Source of the DNA: a virus
Lineage: Duplodnaviria > Caudoviricetes
Virus record (IMG/VR): IMGVR_UViG_3300030372_004704
Coordinates: 1 to 51,147 of that record
Length of the DNA stretch: 51,147 nt
Direction: 5' to 3' (one strand)
A program made the position numbers and the translations under genes. Positions within the stretch are counted from its first letter, which is position 1. Every line of letters starts with the position of its first letter. Positions 37,878 through 48,311 of this stretch are shown here, in pieces. The notes under the pieces are model-generated. The model searched no databases and was not told where the DNA came from. It saw only the letters and a list, made by a program, of their open reading frames with translations.

Positions 37878-38788
37878 TTACCACTCTCCACAGGCACTCC
37901 ATCACCATATTTTATCTTAACTAAATTTAATACCTTTGATTGATTAAATAATAACCATTCAGATTGAGATTTTAATAAGTTTACAAGTTCTATATCTTCT
38001 TCATCTTGAACATGATTACTTAAAAATCCATCAACTAAATTAATAGCCATTCCTATGTAAACTGCATTTCTTACATCTTTTGGAATGCCAATAAAAATTT
38101 CAGATTCACGTGTAGAATCAACAATAGAGAAGTTTTGTATACCAGACTGTTCTCCTAAATCATGAGTTACATGAGAAGATATATCTATACCAACTCCAAA
38201 TATTGGAAATGTTATGTACCATATTTTTCCAGCTGGAGCACTACCTCCATTTTTAGGTAGTATATTCATTCCCCCTCCATCATTAATATACCAACAAGGA
38301 TTAAAAGGGTCATTTTCATAATAAAGACTATTCTTATTTTCTGCTCCATGAACTTTATCTATAATTTTTCTAGCATCATAATAATATTGTTCATCAGCAG
38401 TAGTATCTTCATCAATATGATTTTTTCTTGCTACTTTTAAAATTCTTTTTGGATACTCATCAATAAATCTGTTTGCTCCATATGTAGCTTGGTCAGTTGT
38501 ATGGAACCTTCCTCCACTAGCTGTAACATTATCTAAAATTACATCATCTCTTATTAAATTTAACACTTCAATATAAGCTCTTTCAAAGGCTTCATTTAGC
38601 ATTTTATCACCAAATATATCAAAAATTTCTGCACCTACTAAAAACTGAAGATAACTTATAGGAGACTTTCCTCCAAAGTTTATGTCCATAGTTCCTATAT
38701 CATCGCCATAAGGAGATAACCCTAATTCAGATTTACCAGGCAGTGTAATCTGTCTATTTGAACCAGTCAGTTTTTCTTTTTGAGCCAT
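37874..38788 (-). CDS. Putative second adaptor/neck protein
   Basis: 304 aa; DPFNPCWYI...ILP and GIPKDVRNAV patterns; lies downstream of the capsid genes. Confidence 0.45.
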   Translation of the reverse strand: MAQKEKLTGSNRQITLPGKSELGLSPYGDDIGTMDINFGGKSPISYLQFLVGAEIFDIFGDKMLNEAFERAYIEVLNLIRDDVILDNVTASGGRFHTTDQATYGANRFIDEYPKRILKVARKNHIDEDTTADEQYYYDARKIIDKVHGAENKNSLYYENDPFNPCWYINDGGGMNILPKNGGSAPAGKIWYITFPIFGVGIDISSHVTHDLGEQSGIQNFSIVDSTRESEIFIGIPKDVRNAVYIGMAINLVDGFLSNHVQDEEDIELVNLLKSQSEWLLFNQSKVLNLVKIKYGDGVPVESGK

Positions 38789-38889
38789 TACTTACCTTTT
38801 TTCTTTTTATAATGCTTTCTTCTAGTACTTGGTTTAACACCAGAATTATGCTTATTTCCTACACTATTACTATATACTTTTTTTGCCAT
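38788..38889 (-). CDS. Very small basic protein (33 aa, not in ORF track)
   Basis: TAAGGAG SD; MAKKVYSNSVGNKHNSGVKPSTRRKHYKKKKGK; TAATG coupling. Confidence 0.6.
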   Translation of the reverse strand: MAKKVYSNSVGNKHNSGVKPSTRRKHYKKKKGK

Positions 38890-38897
38890 GTTTCTCC

Positions 38898-38925
38898 TTA
38901 TAAGGGGCCCGAAGACCCCTTATAA
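38898..38925 (-). terminator. UUCG-tetraloop hairpin after the capsid genes (terminator/attenuator)
   Basis: - strand TTATAAGGGGTC-TTCG-GGCCCCTTATAA; the U tract is weak. Confidence 0.65.
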
Positions 38926-38944
38926 TTTATTTATTGCTTAACTA

Positions 38945-39409
38945 CTATGATGGGTCTTTTCCTATACCACCAATTGTTAGCATCTCATCTGCATTCCAGG
39001 TTTGAGATATAACAACTCTACAATGGTTAGAACTTTCATCACCAGCACTAGTTACAGCAACTTTAAACCAACTAAACGGGTACAAAGATAAATCAACTGT
39101 ACCAGCTGAATAAGCTAAAGCTGCAGTACTGCTTGTCATAGCTGTTACAATATCATCAGCTACTTTAACATAAGTTCCGCTTTCAGAATCAGAAGCATAT
39201 AAATCAGCAACAACAGCTGCTGCAGGACTTTCGTCTACTTGCAACATACATCCCATTGTTGATAAATTCATGTCTGCTCCAGCTTCTATAACATCACTAT
39301 ATACAGTACCTGCATTAGCCATAGCTAATCCTACAGCATCTAAAACGGTTGAAGGGTCAAGGTTATACATTCTCTTAACACCACCAACATAATCAGTTGT
39401 CCAAGCCAT
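38945..39409 (-). CDS. Putative capsid decoration/minor head protein
   Basis: 154 aa, acidic and beta-rich, directly after the MCP with a GGAGG SD. Confidence 0.5.
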   Translation of the reverse strand: MAWTTDYVGGVKRMYNLDPSTVLDAVGLAMANAGTVYSDVIEAGADMNLSTMGCMLQVDESPAAAVVADLYASDSESGTYVKVADDIVTAMTSSTAALAYSAGTVDLSLYPFSWFKVAVTSAGDESSNHCRVVISQTWNADEMLTIGGIGKDPS

Positions 39410-39420
39410 AATAACCTCCC

Positions 39421-40824
39421 TTAACTAAATTTTAGAACTGCGTGGGTTTCAGGGAGACTAATTTCAAGACCAGCTTCAGTTAAGATTTGGTCTTGACGAC
39501 CATCTACACCGTTATCTTGAACATTAGTTTCTATGAAAGTATCTCGACTAATACCATTTCCACTTAGTGGTCTGTATGCTACATTTTTCATATCTACAGC
39601 AATACAATAATCTTCATATATTCCTCTTAATAAAGGTTCAGCAACAAAGTGAAGGCTACCAAAGATAGTATTTACTTTAGTTACTGAATGCCCAAAGGCA
39701 CCAGGAATATTTTGAACATCAAGTTTGTATTGAGATGAACCAACTGAGTTATTCAAGAAGGAACCATTACCTAATTTATTTAAGTAAGTAATTACTTTTC
39801 TTGAAGCTAACACAAGTTTGTTACCAGAGTTTCCACTTTCAGGAGCAAAGAAATCTTCCATTGCATCTAAGAAAGCATCATAACCAGATGAAGCATAACT
39901 CATTGAGTATATTTTACCATTTTGTTCTGTATAAGGTAGGATACCCCATGATTTTCTAATTGGAGCTGTACCAGCAGTTGTTTCGTATGAGGCAGAACCT
40001 ACACCGAATAACATAGCTAATTCAATATCCATTTTATGTTCCATTAGTTTTTCTGTCCAAACTCTTTGAAACTCATTTGATTTACCACGATACTCTGTTG
40101 CTAAAGCTGTACCAGAGAAAATATTCATTGCAGTTTTAAAAATCTGACAATAACCTTCTCTGTCAAATAATTTATCTTCCCAACTTGTAGGAGTATCAGT
40201 ACCCTCTGCGAAGGCTGAACCAATTATTTGAGCTCTTGCACCAGCTAATATTCTAATTTTAGCTGTATTCACAGGAGCGACTGCTGCACCTGTTGAAACT
40301 AGAGTTAATTCAAGTGGAGTAACATCGATATTAGTATCGCCAGTAGGGTTATTTACTTCTGTAACCCTTCCAGTTACTCTATGAGTATTACTTCCACCAA
40401 AAGTTGAGCCATCAGCAGCATAATCACATTCTATAGCTACTATTTGACCAACAAGTAAGTAGGGCACAGCATTTCTATTTGATGATAATATTTTACCATA
40501 GTCATCATATCCTGATTGTACTTCCATATCGGTTAATAAAGCTTGAGAAGTTGACAAGCCACTTGTTGCCATTGCAGCAGAAGTTTCTTGAGTATCTACT
40601 ACAAAATTTCTACGTTGCCATTGGTGTCGTTGTTCTAAAAATTTAAACACAGGGTCATTAGTTGCCTTTTTAGCTACTTTATTTAAGTAAACAAAAAATG
40701 GCGATTGTTGAGGAGCTAATTCTGCAACTCTCTCTCCAAAATTAAAGACTCTTCGTGTATCATCTATACTAACACCTTGGGCTGTAGCGTATGGGTTATT
40801 ACTAAACACATTTGCATTTGCCAT
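39421..40824 (-). CDS. Major capsid protein
   Basis: 467 aa after portal and scaffold; SPFFVYL, GSAFAEG, YCQIFKT and EHKMDIELAMLFG match HK97-fold podoviral MCPs. Confidence 0.85.
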   Translation of the reverse strand: MANANVFSNNPYATAQGVSIDDTRRVFNFGERVAELAPQQSPFFVYLNKVAKKATNDPVFKFLEQRHQWQRRNFVVDTQETSAAMATSGLSTSQALLTDMEVQSGYDDYGKILSSNRNAVPYLLVGQIVAIECDYAADGSTFGGSNTHRVTGRVTEVNNPTGDTNIDVTPLELTLVSTGAAVAPVNTAKIRILAGARAQIIGSAFAEGTDTPTSWEDKLFDREGYCQIFKTAMNIFSGTALATEYRGKSNEFQRVWTEKLMEHKMDIELAMLFGVGSASYETTAGTAPIRKSWGILPYTEQNGKIYSMSYASSGYDAFLDAMEDFFAPESGNSGNKLVLASRKVITYLNKLGNGSFLNNSVGSSQYKLDVQNIPGAFGHSVTKVNTIFGSLHFVAEPLLRGIYEDYCIAVDMKNVAYRPLSGNGISRDTFIETNVQDNGVDGRQDQILTEAGLEISLPETHAVLKFS

Positions 40825-40890
40825 TGTATAGTCTTTCTACATTTAGTCCTCTCTCAGCTGTCGCGTAGACCTTCGAGTAGGATTAGTTAT

Positions 40891-41781
40891 TTACCAAGGA
40901 TTACTTTTCTTGTAATCATTTATCATTGAATCCATAATTGACTCTTCAGCAGATTGTTGAGTTGGTTGTTGTGATGGCATTACTCCCATAGGGGATGCAA
41001 CTTGTTGCGCCCTAGCCTGTTGATTAAAAGTATCACTAGGCTGTGTAGGTTGCGAAGTTACATTAGCACCACTACCATTCTTTATTCTCCAAAGTTCAAC
41101 TAGGTTATCTACACTTAAAGATTCAGGTTTTGACATTTCGTTTATAAACTGCTTTGCTTCTTGTTCATTAAGACCATGAGTAGCTTGAACTTGTTCATAA
41201 ATTCCACGAATTTGTTGATTTGCTTGTTGTTGAGCCTGGGCTCTTTTTGTATTTTCAACTCTTCGTTGCTGCTCTTTATCAAGTCTTTCTTTTACAATAG
41301 CATTATTATACTCATTTTTTAAAGTACCATATTCAGTCATATCATCACGCCAAGCTTCGACTTCATCGAGATATCTTGCACTAGGACTACTAGGGTCTTC
41401 CATAGCTTCCGCTCTGTTAAACCCTGATGGTCTTCCAGGTTTTGGTGGAGGTGGAGGGAACTCTTCAGGTTTTTCTTCTTGCACAGGAGCTTGAGCTTGC
41501 TGTGTATTTGCCTGAGCTTGCATAGTGTTTAATTGCTGTTTTAATGCTTCATTTTCATTTTTAGCTTTGTCAGCTTCTGACTGCCAATATTGAAATCGTT
41601 TTGCATCATTAGGGTCATTATTGACCTCTGGAGTAGCAATTTCACTTACAACATCCTCACTTACAGGATTAATTGGTTGTTCTGTAGAACCTTCATTTTG
41701 ACCAGAGAAAAACGCATCTTCAACTGATAAATTGGAGCCCTGTTCAGGGGTATCCACGTTCTGTTCGTCTATTTGTGCCAT
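40891..41781 (-). CDS. Capsid scaffolding protein
   Basis: Acidic, Q/P-rich coiled protein (YWQSEADK) between portal and MCP. Confidence 0.7.
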   Translation of the reverse strand: MAQIDEQNVDTPEQGSNLSVEDAFFSGQNEGSTEQPINPVSEDVVSEIATPEVNNDPNDAKRFQYWQSEADKAKNENEALKQQLNTMQAQANTQQAQAPVQEEKPEEFPPPPPKPGRPSGFNRAEAMEDPSSPSARYLDEVEAWRDDMTEYGTLKNEYNNAIVKERLDKEQQRRVENTKRAQAQQQANQQIRGIYEQVQATHGLNEQEAKQFINEMSKPESLSVDNLVELWRIKNGSGANVTSQPTQPSDTFNQQARAQQVASPMGVMPSQQPTQQSAEESIMDSMINDYKKSNPW

Positions 41782-43988
41782 TATTTTTTCTTACCTTTCT
41801 TGGTTGCCTCTTTGCTACCAGAGGGTGAACCAGTTTCTTTAGTAGCCTCAGCAATCTGACGCTTAACTGTAGCTAGGTTATCATCCAATCGTTTTTCAAA
41901 CAAGGTCCCAGAAGCTGCTGCTTTATTCTCAAGTTTATCAAGGTCGGCTTTGAATTTCTCAACTTCGACTCTTTTCCTAAGATTAACCGCCTCTCTATCT
42001 CTAGTCTGCAAGTCACCTTGAAGCTTTTTGATATTTTCCTGAGCTGCTTGTAATTGTTGTGTTAATTGGGTAACCATATCGGTCCTTTGCATGACCCCTT
42101 CCATATCGAATACTTCTGTTTTCTTAAGGACTTCGACTTTATCGACAATTCCTTTAGCATAAGCATCCATATAAAATTCTAATTCTGCATATCTATTTGT
42201 TGGTAATGTTCCACCACTAACTATACTAATATCATATTTACCAACTGTTATATCATTAACAACTTGTATTTCACCAGTTTTATCATCAACTAATTTCTTA
42301 TTAATAACATATTCATTTATAGAGTTGTTTGGTTGAATAACTCTAAATATTTTTTGTGTGCTATATAATTGTTGCATTAAAGGAATAGCAACCTCTCCTA
42401 CTCTACATAAAACTGCTTCAACATCTGCTAATTTTGATTTTATTTTTCTTTGTCCAAATTCATCTAATGCAATTGTAGCTTTATATGTTTCTGGAGCCAC
42501 AGAAGCATTTCCTTGCATTAGTTCATATAAACCTAATTGATGGTCAATATCAGTTTTTGCTGATTGTTCATTAGCATATAATTCATTTGGCAATGGGCTT
42601 GGTTGAACTGAAACTGGAGGCCCATCTGTTGGGTCATAAGGTATAGCAACACCTGGTTGAGCCCATTTTTCTTCAAATTCTTTCATATCAACACTACCTT
42701 CAGGAACTAATATTTTAGTATTAGTACTTGTAGTAGCATGCGCTATTATTAAAGAACGAGTCTTATTTATATACTCTTGTAATCCTTTTACCATTCTTAC
42801 ATCTGATGTAGGATAAGGTGTTCTTGTGTGTAAATTACACATAGGAACAACAGGATAGTCTTCTATAGGTAATATTCTAGAATAAAGTAAAGTTTCTCCT
42901 ATAATTATACATTGCTTTACTCTTTTAGCCATTATCTTAACAACTTCAATTGCACCTTTTAATATTAAATCTTGAAAAGATACTTGTTCTACTTTTATTT
43001 CAGGAATACCAGGGTCAGGAAGTTCTGCTTCAACAGGATAACCAGCTTCTCTCATCCCTTGTTCATCAACAGCCTGTTGTTTCATTATAGCAACTTGTCT
43101 TTGTTCTTCTAATTGAAGTATTAATTGCTGCGCTTGTTTTTCTTCTGTAACTATATTTCCTTGTATTATCCAAGCAGGTCTTTTAATATATTGATTAAAT
43201 TCGTCCTCTTTTAATAAATCTTCTTTTCCAGAAAACTTTTCAAAAATTCTCATTCTTGGGACTTCTAATTTTGTATATCTTTCATATCCTCTAACATATT
43301 CGCTTTGTTCGTGCAATAATCCTACATCTTCTGGAAAGAATACTTCGTTTTGATTGTAGCTTCCAGTTTCTGGGGAGTTAAAATCTTGCTCTCCATTAGC
43401 TTCATCTATCTCTTTTTCATATTTAGGATACATTTTTTTAGCTTGTTCTCTGCTAAATAATCTAGAAACTATAACATTTTCTGCATCATCAAAAAATCTA
43501 TTTCTACTATTTGGGTCTACATATACATCAAGTGGGTCTATATCATGCATACATACTTCTCCCTTACCCATGTCTTTTTCAGGGTCTTGATATACATTTA
43601 TATAGCCTAATCCCATTACATAGTAATCATCTATAGCCTGTTTTATAACAGTTTCACCATCAGATATATCATACATATAAGAGAGTAAAGCACTAAGTAC
43701 TTGAGCTGTTTTGTTATCCGAATCTTCTCTAGGAGCTGCTCTAAAAGAAGGTCTTTTAGCTGTAAGCATTGCTTTAGCAGATTCTACAGCAGGATGTATC
43801 CTATTTATAACAATAGGAGCTTGTCCTCGAGATTCGAGAACACTAGCTTGTTCTGCACTCCACTGTCTACCTAATCGAAATTCTTTATCTTCTTTTGCTT
43901 GTTTAGCCCAAGCATCTCGCTTTTTACTATAATCTTTAAACAACTGAAGCGTTTCAGTTACTATCTTAGGTTGTTTATTTTCTTCCAT
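41781..43988 (-). CDS. Portal protein (P22-like)
   Basis: GRQWS...RGQAPIVINRIHP, PREDSD, DPLDVYVDP, LQEYINK and GKYDISI motifs; follows TerL. Confidence 0.9.
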   Translation of the reverse strand: MEENKQPKIVTETLQLFKDYSKKRDAWAKQAKEDKEFRLGRQWSAEQASVLESRGQAPIVINRIHPAVESAKAMLTAKRPSFRAAPREDSDNKTAQVLSALLSYMYDISDGETVIKQAIDDYYVMGLGYINVYQDPEKDMGKGEVCMHDIDPLDVYVDPNSRNRFFDDAENVIVSRLFSREQAKKMYPKYEKEIDEANGEQDFNSPETGSYNQNEVFFPEDVGLLHEQSEYVRGYERYTKLEVPRMRIFEKFSGKEDLLKEDEFNQYIKRPAWIIQGNIVTEEKQAQQLILQLEEQRQVAIMKQQAVDEQGMREAGYPVEAELPDPGIPEIKVEQVSFQDLILKGAIEVVKIMAKRVKQCIIIGETLLYSRILPIEDYPVVPMCNLHTRTPYPTSDVRMVKGLQEYINKTRSLIIAHATTSTNTKILVPEGSVDMKEFEEKWAQPGVAIPYDPTDGPPVSVQPSPLPNELYANEQSAKTDIDHQLGLYELMQGNASVAPETYKATIALDEFGQRKIKSKLADVEAVLCRVGEVAIPLMQQLYSTQKIFRVIQPNNSINEYVINKKLVDDKTGEIQVVNDITVGKYDISIVSGGTLPTNRYAELEFYMDAYAKGIVDKVEVLKKTEVFDMEGVMQRTDMVTQLTQQLQAAQENIKKLQGDLQTRDREAVNLRKRVEVEKFKADLDKLENKAAASGTLFEKRLDDNLATVKRQIAEATKETGSPSGSKEATKKGKKK

Positions 43989-43997
43989 TTCTACCTA

Positions 43998-44040
43998 TTT
44001 TTCATCAAGTTAATATACGACTATAATGTCATCCAATCAA
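43998..44040 (-). promoter_or_regulatory. Sigma70-like promoter, copy 3
   Basis: - strand TTGATT-N17-TATATTAA-CT-TGATGAAAA upstream of the portal; the -35 lies in the end of TerL. Confidence 0.6.
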
Positions 44041-45514
44041 GCTTTTTCTTCGCATTTAGTGTATTTTCATCAATTTTTTCCCATTGTTTCTTTCTAGACG
44101 GTTTAGCCCCATATAAAGCTGTCCATATAGCATCCATAACATCATCATGTTTTCCTCTAGGATAAGAAAGAAATTCTTGTTGAGCTATATTGTCTTGTGG
44201 TCTAAAGTAAAAAGTACCTTTTGCAAATAATGGAACAAGTGATAATAATCGTTCGCTCTTACGCGTTCGTGGCTTTACCCCTTTTTCTAAACCAGGTATG
44301 TATAAACTTTCTTTTAACATTAACTCTCTTACAGCTGTTCTTAAAGCTTCTTGATAACCAACAGTTTCAATCATCATTCGTCTAGGCCTATACTTCTTAA
44401 AAACTTCAATAAGTTTTCCAGGCTGTTCTGCTGGAGATATTCTATCCCTAAATATATCAATGATGTACTTATTATTATCATAATCAATACCAATTGTAGT
44501 AACAACAAAGTAATCAGCAGTGGAAGAAAGGCTACTAGCAGGGTCAACTCCACAATAGACTTCAACTGGTTTAATTTCTTCTTCATCACCTTTATTCCTT
44601 ACTAGACAATTTTGTCCATTTATTCTTTTATAATCATAATGATGCATTTTTATCCATTCTGGTTTGAACGGAGCCATATCAGGAGATTGTGCTATATTCA
44701 TATACTCTTGATAGAAACCATTTAAGTTTCCTACAGAAGCAAATTCTTTTTTTATTTCATTAATTCTAGACTTTGGAAACCTTTCAGGCCATATACTCTT
44801 TTCATCTTCATCCCATATAGAGAACCATAGCGTATGCCATGCTGGTGAGTCTTTTGCCCAATATAAAAAACAATCTTCAGATATTACCGTACCAATCATA
44901 GCTATTTTACCTTCATCAGATAATGATGGTATTACAGCTTCAGTTACCCACTTTCTATTTTTAGCTCTTGCTTCTGGAGTAAATGCATTTAACTCTGATT
45001 CAAAGTCATCCACTATAATAAGATTAGGTCGAGTATCGCCTTCGATAAATCCCCTAACTCTTTGCCCAGTACCAACAGCTATAAGTCTAGCTCCATTAGC
45101 TAATACAATATCATTATTAGTCCATCTTCTTGCGGTATTAGGACCAAGGTCTCCAAATATATCTGCAAATTTATCCGAGTGCGTTAAATGGTATTTAATA
45201 CGAGATAAGAAGTTTATAGACTGAGTTTGTGATTCAGATATTATAACAATAAATAAATCTTCATCTGTCTTTTTAAATGCTACTCTCCATAAAGGGAAGA
45301 TGAGGGTGGTAACGGTAGACTTCGCTGTACCACGAGGAGCTGCTATTAACACCCTCCTTTTTTCGTCGTTAGCTAGATAAGAGTACACATCTTTATGAAA
45401 GGGTGGTGTACTCTTTCTGAGGGCTGTAGGGAAGCAGTGCCTTCCGAACAGCGCCATATTATTACGAAGCTTTTTTAAAGCTTGCATTTGACTATATTGT
45501 TCTTCGTAATCCAC
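44021..45514 (-). CDS. terL: Terminase large subunit
   Basis: Walker A APRGTAKST, Walker B IIVDDFE, IGT coupling motif, FYQEY, and nuclease motifs GVDPA and HDDVMDA. Confidence 0.93.
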   Translation of the reverse strand: MDYEEQYSQMQALKKLRNNMALFGRHCFPTALRKSTPPFHKDVYSYLANDEKRRVLIAAPRGTAKSTVTTLIFPLWRVAFKKTDEDLFIVIISESQTQSINFLSRIKYHLTHSDKFADIFGDLGPNTARRWTNNDIVLANGARLIAVGTGQRVRGFIEGDTRPNLIIVDDFESELNAFTPEARAKNRKWVTEAVIPSLSDEGKIAMIGTVISEDCFLYWAKDSPAWHTLWFSIWDEDEKSIWPERFPKSRINEIKKEFASVGNLNGFYQEYMNIAQSPDMAPFKPEWIKMHHYDYKRINGQNCLVRNKGDEEEIKPVEVYCGVDPASSLSSTADYFVVTTIGIDYDNNKYIIDIFRDRISPAEQPGKLIEVFKKYRPRRMMIETVGYQEALRTAVRELMLKESLYIPGLEKGVKPRTRKSERLLSLVPLFAKGTFYFRPQDNIAQQEFLSYPRGKHDDVMDAIWTALYGAKPSRKKQWEKIDENTLNAKKKLDWMTL

Positions 45515-46269
45515 TATTCTTCCTTAGTAGTAACTTTAGTTGCTATAAGCTTGTCCTCTTCTTCTCTAAGCTCATCTATAAGCTTAGTATTGCTTATAGC
45601 TTCTAATTTTTCTGTAGTCTTAACAAGTTGTTTTTCTTTCATACCATGCATACCTTGTAGGTTTTCTACAGCACGCATAAGATTAGTAACATCTTTTTTA
45701 TCCTGAGCCATTTCTATAACTTTAGCAAATAACTCAAGAGTATAAGTTTTATCTAATCCATGGTCGGTTAATAAATCTGCAAGCTCTTCTTTTATCATTT
45801 TTTCAAACACCTCCGTTTTCATCATTCGTTTCCACTTTTTAAATTCAGTGGGTGTGTAACTACCAAGAACCATATCTAATGCTAAATTATAGTCCCATGT
45901 AACAGAGTAGGCTTTAGCAAGGTTTTTCATCATATCTTGCTTAGATTTAACCTCTAGCATAGGTTTGCCAGACATTGTGGTATTAGTTTTCCTACCTGAT
46001 ACCTTTAATTTTTTAGAAGCATACTTAGGATTAAAGAAAGTGTAACCCCATGGAAAGCGAAGATATATGTTGTCTTTATTATGATTTGATGGATATTCTC
46101 TCCTATTAATAACTTTAGCAACATAGTCATCATCAGAGATAGCATATTGCCCCACGTCAGCCATTTTCCAGTAGACATAATTAATTCCTTTTTTATCTGC
46201 TTCTTCTTTTCTATAAATCGTATATGTTGTAAGACCCTTATCTTTATGGTCTATATTTACTGTATACAT
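45514..46269 (-). CDS. Putative terminase small subunit
   Basis: Immediately upstream of terL and coupled to it; helical C-terminal half. Positional inference. Confidence 0.45.
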   Translation of the reverse strand: MYTVNIDHKDKGLTTYTIYRKEEADKKGINYVYWKMADVGQYAISDDDYVAKVINRREYPSNHNKDNIYLRFPWGYTFFNPKYASKKLKVSGRKTNTTMSGKPMLEVKSKQDMMKNLAKAYSVTWDYNLALDMVLGSYTPTEFKKWKRMMKTEVFEKMIKEELADLLTDHGLDKTYTLELFAKVIEMAQDKKDVTNLMRAVENLQGMHGMKEKQLVKTTEKLEAISNTKLIDELREEEDKLIATKVTTKEE

Positions 46270-46658
46270 TATCTTAATTCAAAATGTGGAAAATCATCAA
46301 AGTTATTGTCATCTACTTCAAAATTCATATTCCAATCTCCACCCCATCTAAGTTTTATTCCCATAGATTTAGCAATCCCAAGCACAAAACCAGCAAAAAG
46401 ATGAAAACGTTCCCTATCATCCCAATCAATAGGATAAGGGACAACATCAACAGCATTACTTGGGCTAGCGTTGTGACGACCGTTCGGATATTTAACTTTT
46501 GTTTTACCTTCTTCAAATAACTTATCTTGTCTTTCAGCACTTCTATGCCCCTCCAATACTGAACAATCTACATGTTTAATTACTTCATTTAACACCTTTT
46601 TTAAATCAGGATGTATATTTTCCATTGCTTTTTTTGAACGACTACCAAATTTGTACAC
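46269..46658 (-). CDS. M15-family peptidase endolysin (L-Ala-D-Glu peptidase-like)
   Basis: EGHRSAERQ, H...PSNAVD, RWGGDW and DFPHFEL motifs. Confidence 0.9.
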   Translation of the reverse strand: MYKFGSRSKKAMENIHPDLKKVLNEVIKHVDCSVLEGHRSAERQDKLFEEGKTKVKYPNGRHNASPSNAVDVVPYPIDWDDRERFHLFAGFVLGIAKSMGIKLRWGGDWNMNFEVDDNNFDDFPHFELR

Positions 46659-48298
46659 TAGTTACCCCCATTGTTTATTGCGTCTAATAAAACATTTACT
46701 ACTTCATCTTTTGTTTGAATACCAGGTATACTTAAAGAGTAATCATACTCTCCTCCCCCTATATGTTGAGTCTGATGTTTATATCCAGAATAATCCCCAT
46801 ATTCTTCAGGATTTGCTACAGACAATTCATTCCAAAGATTTGAAATTTCATCATCATATCCCAACCAAGGAGCTAAATCTCCTTGCGAATATTCATGAAA
46901 ATCTATTGCATCCATATTTGATGGAATATGGTCTTCTGTAGGAGCTCCAGCAATTCCTTCGTATATCATACCTAAAGGATTAAATTTATAATCTTCTCCT
47001 CCAAGCATTTCAGTACCAGTTGAAATTCCTTCATTTACAATAAGAGGTCGTACTCCATAATTATAAAGAGCTTGACCTCCTCTACTCCATAAAGTATTTG
47101 CCCCAATCATTGGCCCAAGACCTCCTGTAGCAACAAGTGAAGCTAAAAAGGTTGTAAATTCACCTGATGGAGAAGCAAATGTAGGTTTTTGCAATCCAAA
47201 TGTATTTCCTGGCCTGCCAATCATATCTGCATAATCATTTGACCAATCCATATCCCACTGGCTCCAATATTTACCATCTTTTTCTCCAGTATAATACTCA
47301 GGACCATCTAATGATTTAGTAAGTGGATAGTTTGCATTATATTCTAAACCAGTAGAAGTATCTAAATAATTAGCACCACCAGTACTATGCGTTGTGTAAG
47401 TTTTTGTATGTTCAAAAGGATAAGTAGATGTATCTAAATTTCCATTTCTATCAACAGGAACTTGATAGTTGCTACCATCATCACTATACATTCTATATTC
47501 CCACCTTATAGAAGGGTCTTTTGGATTTTCCTGATGTTTATCTGCATCAGCAGGATGAACAGCCCACATTCTAACTCCAGACATTTTAGAGGTATATGCT
47601 GGATGGTTCCATTGGTTAGCATACTTCTGATAGTCTTCAAGAGTATTATCCCAATGCCCATGTTTATCCCAATCTATGTCTCTGCTTTTGTTTCTATGAA
47701 CTTGACCATCATATATCCTACCACTTTTCCCTACAATACTTCCATCTTCATTTCTTAAAGGTTTTGAATCTGAATACATATCATCTGCTCCAAATTCACC
47801 AGTTTCTATATTAGGTATTACTTGATTTCCATACTCTCCTTCTACTGATTCTGGTGAATCTTTAGCTACAAAACCAAGAACACCTTCTATTGCATTTTTT
47901 TCTTCAGTTGTAACACCTTTTTTTTCTGGATTTACGTCTAAATCTTTTTCATTTATAATATTATTAGCATGGTTTGCTACATCATTTATAAGATTACCAG
48001 TACTATCATCACCATCGATATTATCTAAAATCTGTTGTAGTATTTCATCATAATCCAAACCTTCTATTAAGTCTTCATCGTATTGATTGCCATCAACACT
48101 GCCTCCATATGTAAGAGCATCGTTTTTCCAAGTTGAAAAAATATCTGAAAGAATAAAGTTAGTTATAGGATTTTCAGGTAAAGATTTGGTAAGAATATCA
48201 TTTAATTGAATATCGTATTTTATTTGTTGCTGATAATCAGAGGGAATAGACGAATCGTCTATAACAGTTTGAGTTATTTGGTCAAAAGTTTCACTCAC
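46658..48298 (-). CDS. Acidic hypothetical protein
   Basis: 546-aa ORF in the - strand operon; no recognised motif. Confidence 0.6.
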   Translation of the reverse strand: MSETFDQITQTVIDDSSIPSDYQQQIKYDIQLNDILTKSLPENPITNFILSDIFSTWKNDALTYGGSVDGNQYDEDLIEGLDYDEILQQILDNIDGDDSTGNLINDVANHANNIINEKDLDVNPEKKGVTTEEKNAIEGVLGFVAKDSPESVEGEYGNQVIPNIETGEFGADDMYSDSKPLRNEDGSIVGKSGRIYDGQVHRNKSRDIDWDKHGHWDNTLEDYQKYANQWNHPAYTSKMSGVRMWAVHPADADKHQENPKDPSIRWEYRMYSDDGSNYQVPVDRNGNLDTSTYPFEHTKTYTTHSTGGANYLDTSTGLEYNANYPLTKSLDGPEYYTGEKDGKYWSQWDMDWSNDYADMIGRPGNTFGLQKPTFASPSGEFTTFLASLVATGGLGPMIGANTLWSRGGQALYNYGVRPLIVNEGISTGTEMLGGEDYKFNPLGMIYEGIAGAPTEDHIPSNMDAIDFHEYSQGDLAPWLGYDDEISNLWNELSVANPEEYGDYSGYKHQTQHIGGGEYDYSLSIPGIQTKDEVVNVLLDAINNGGN

Positions 48299-48311
48299 TT
48301 ATAGTCCCACA

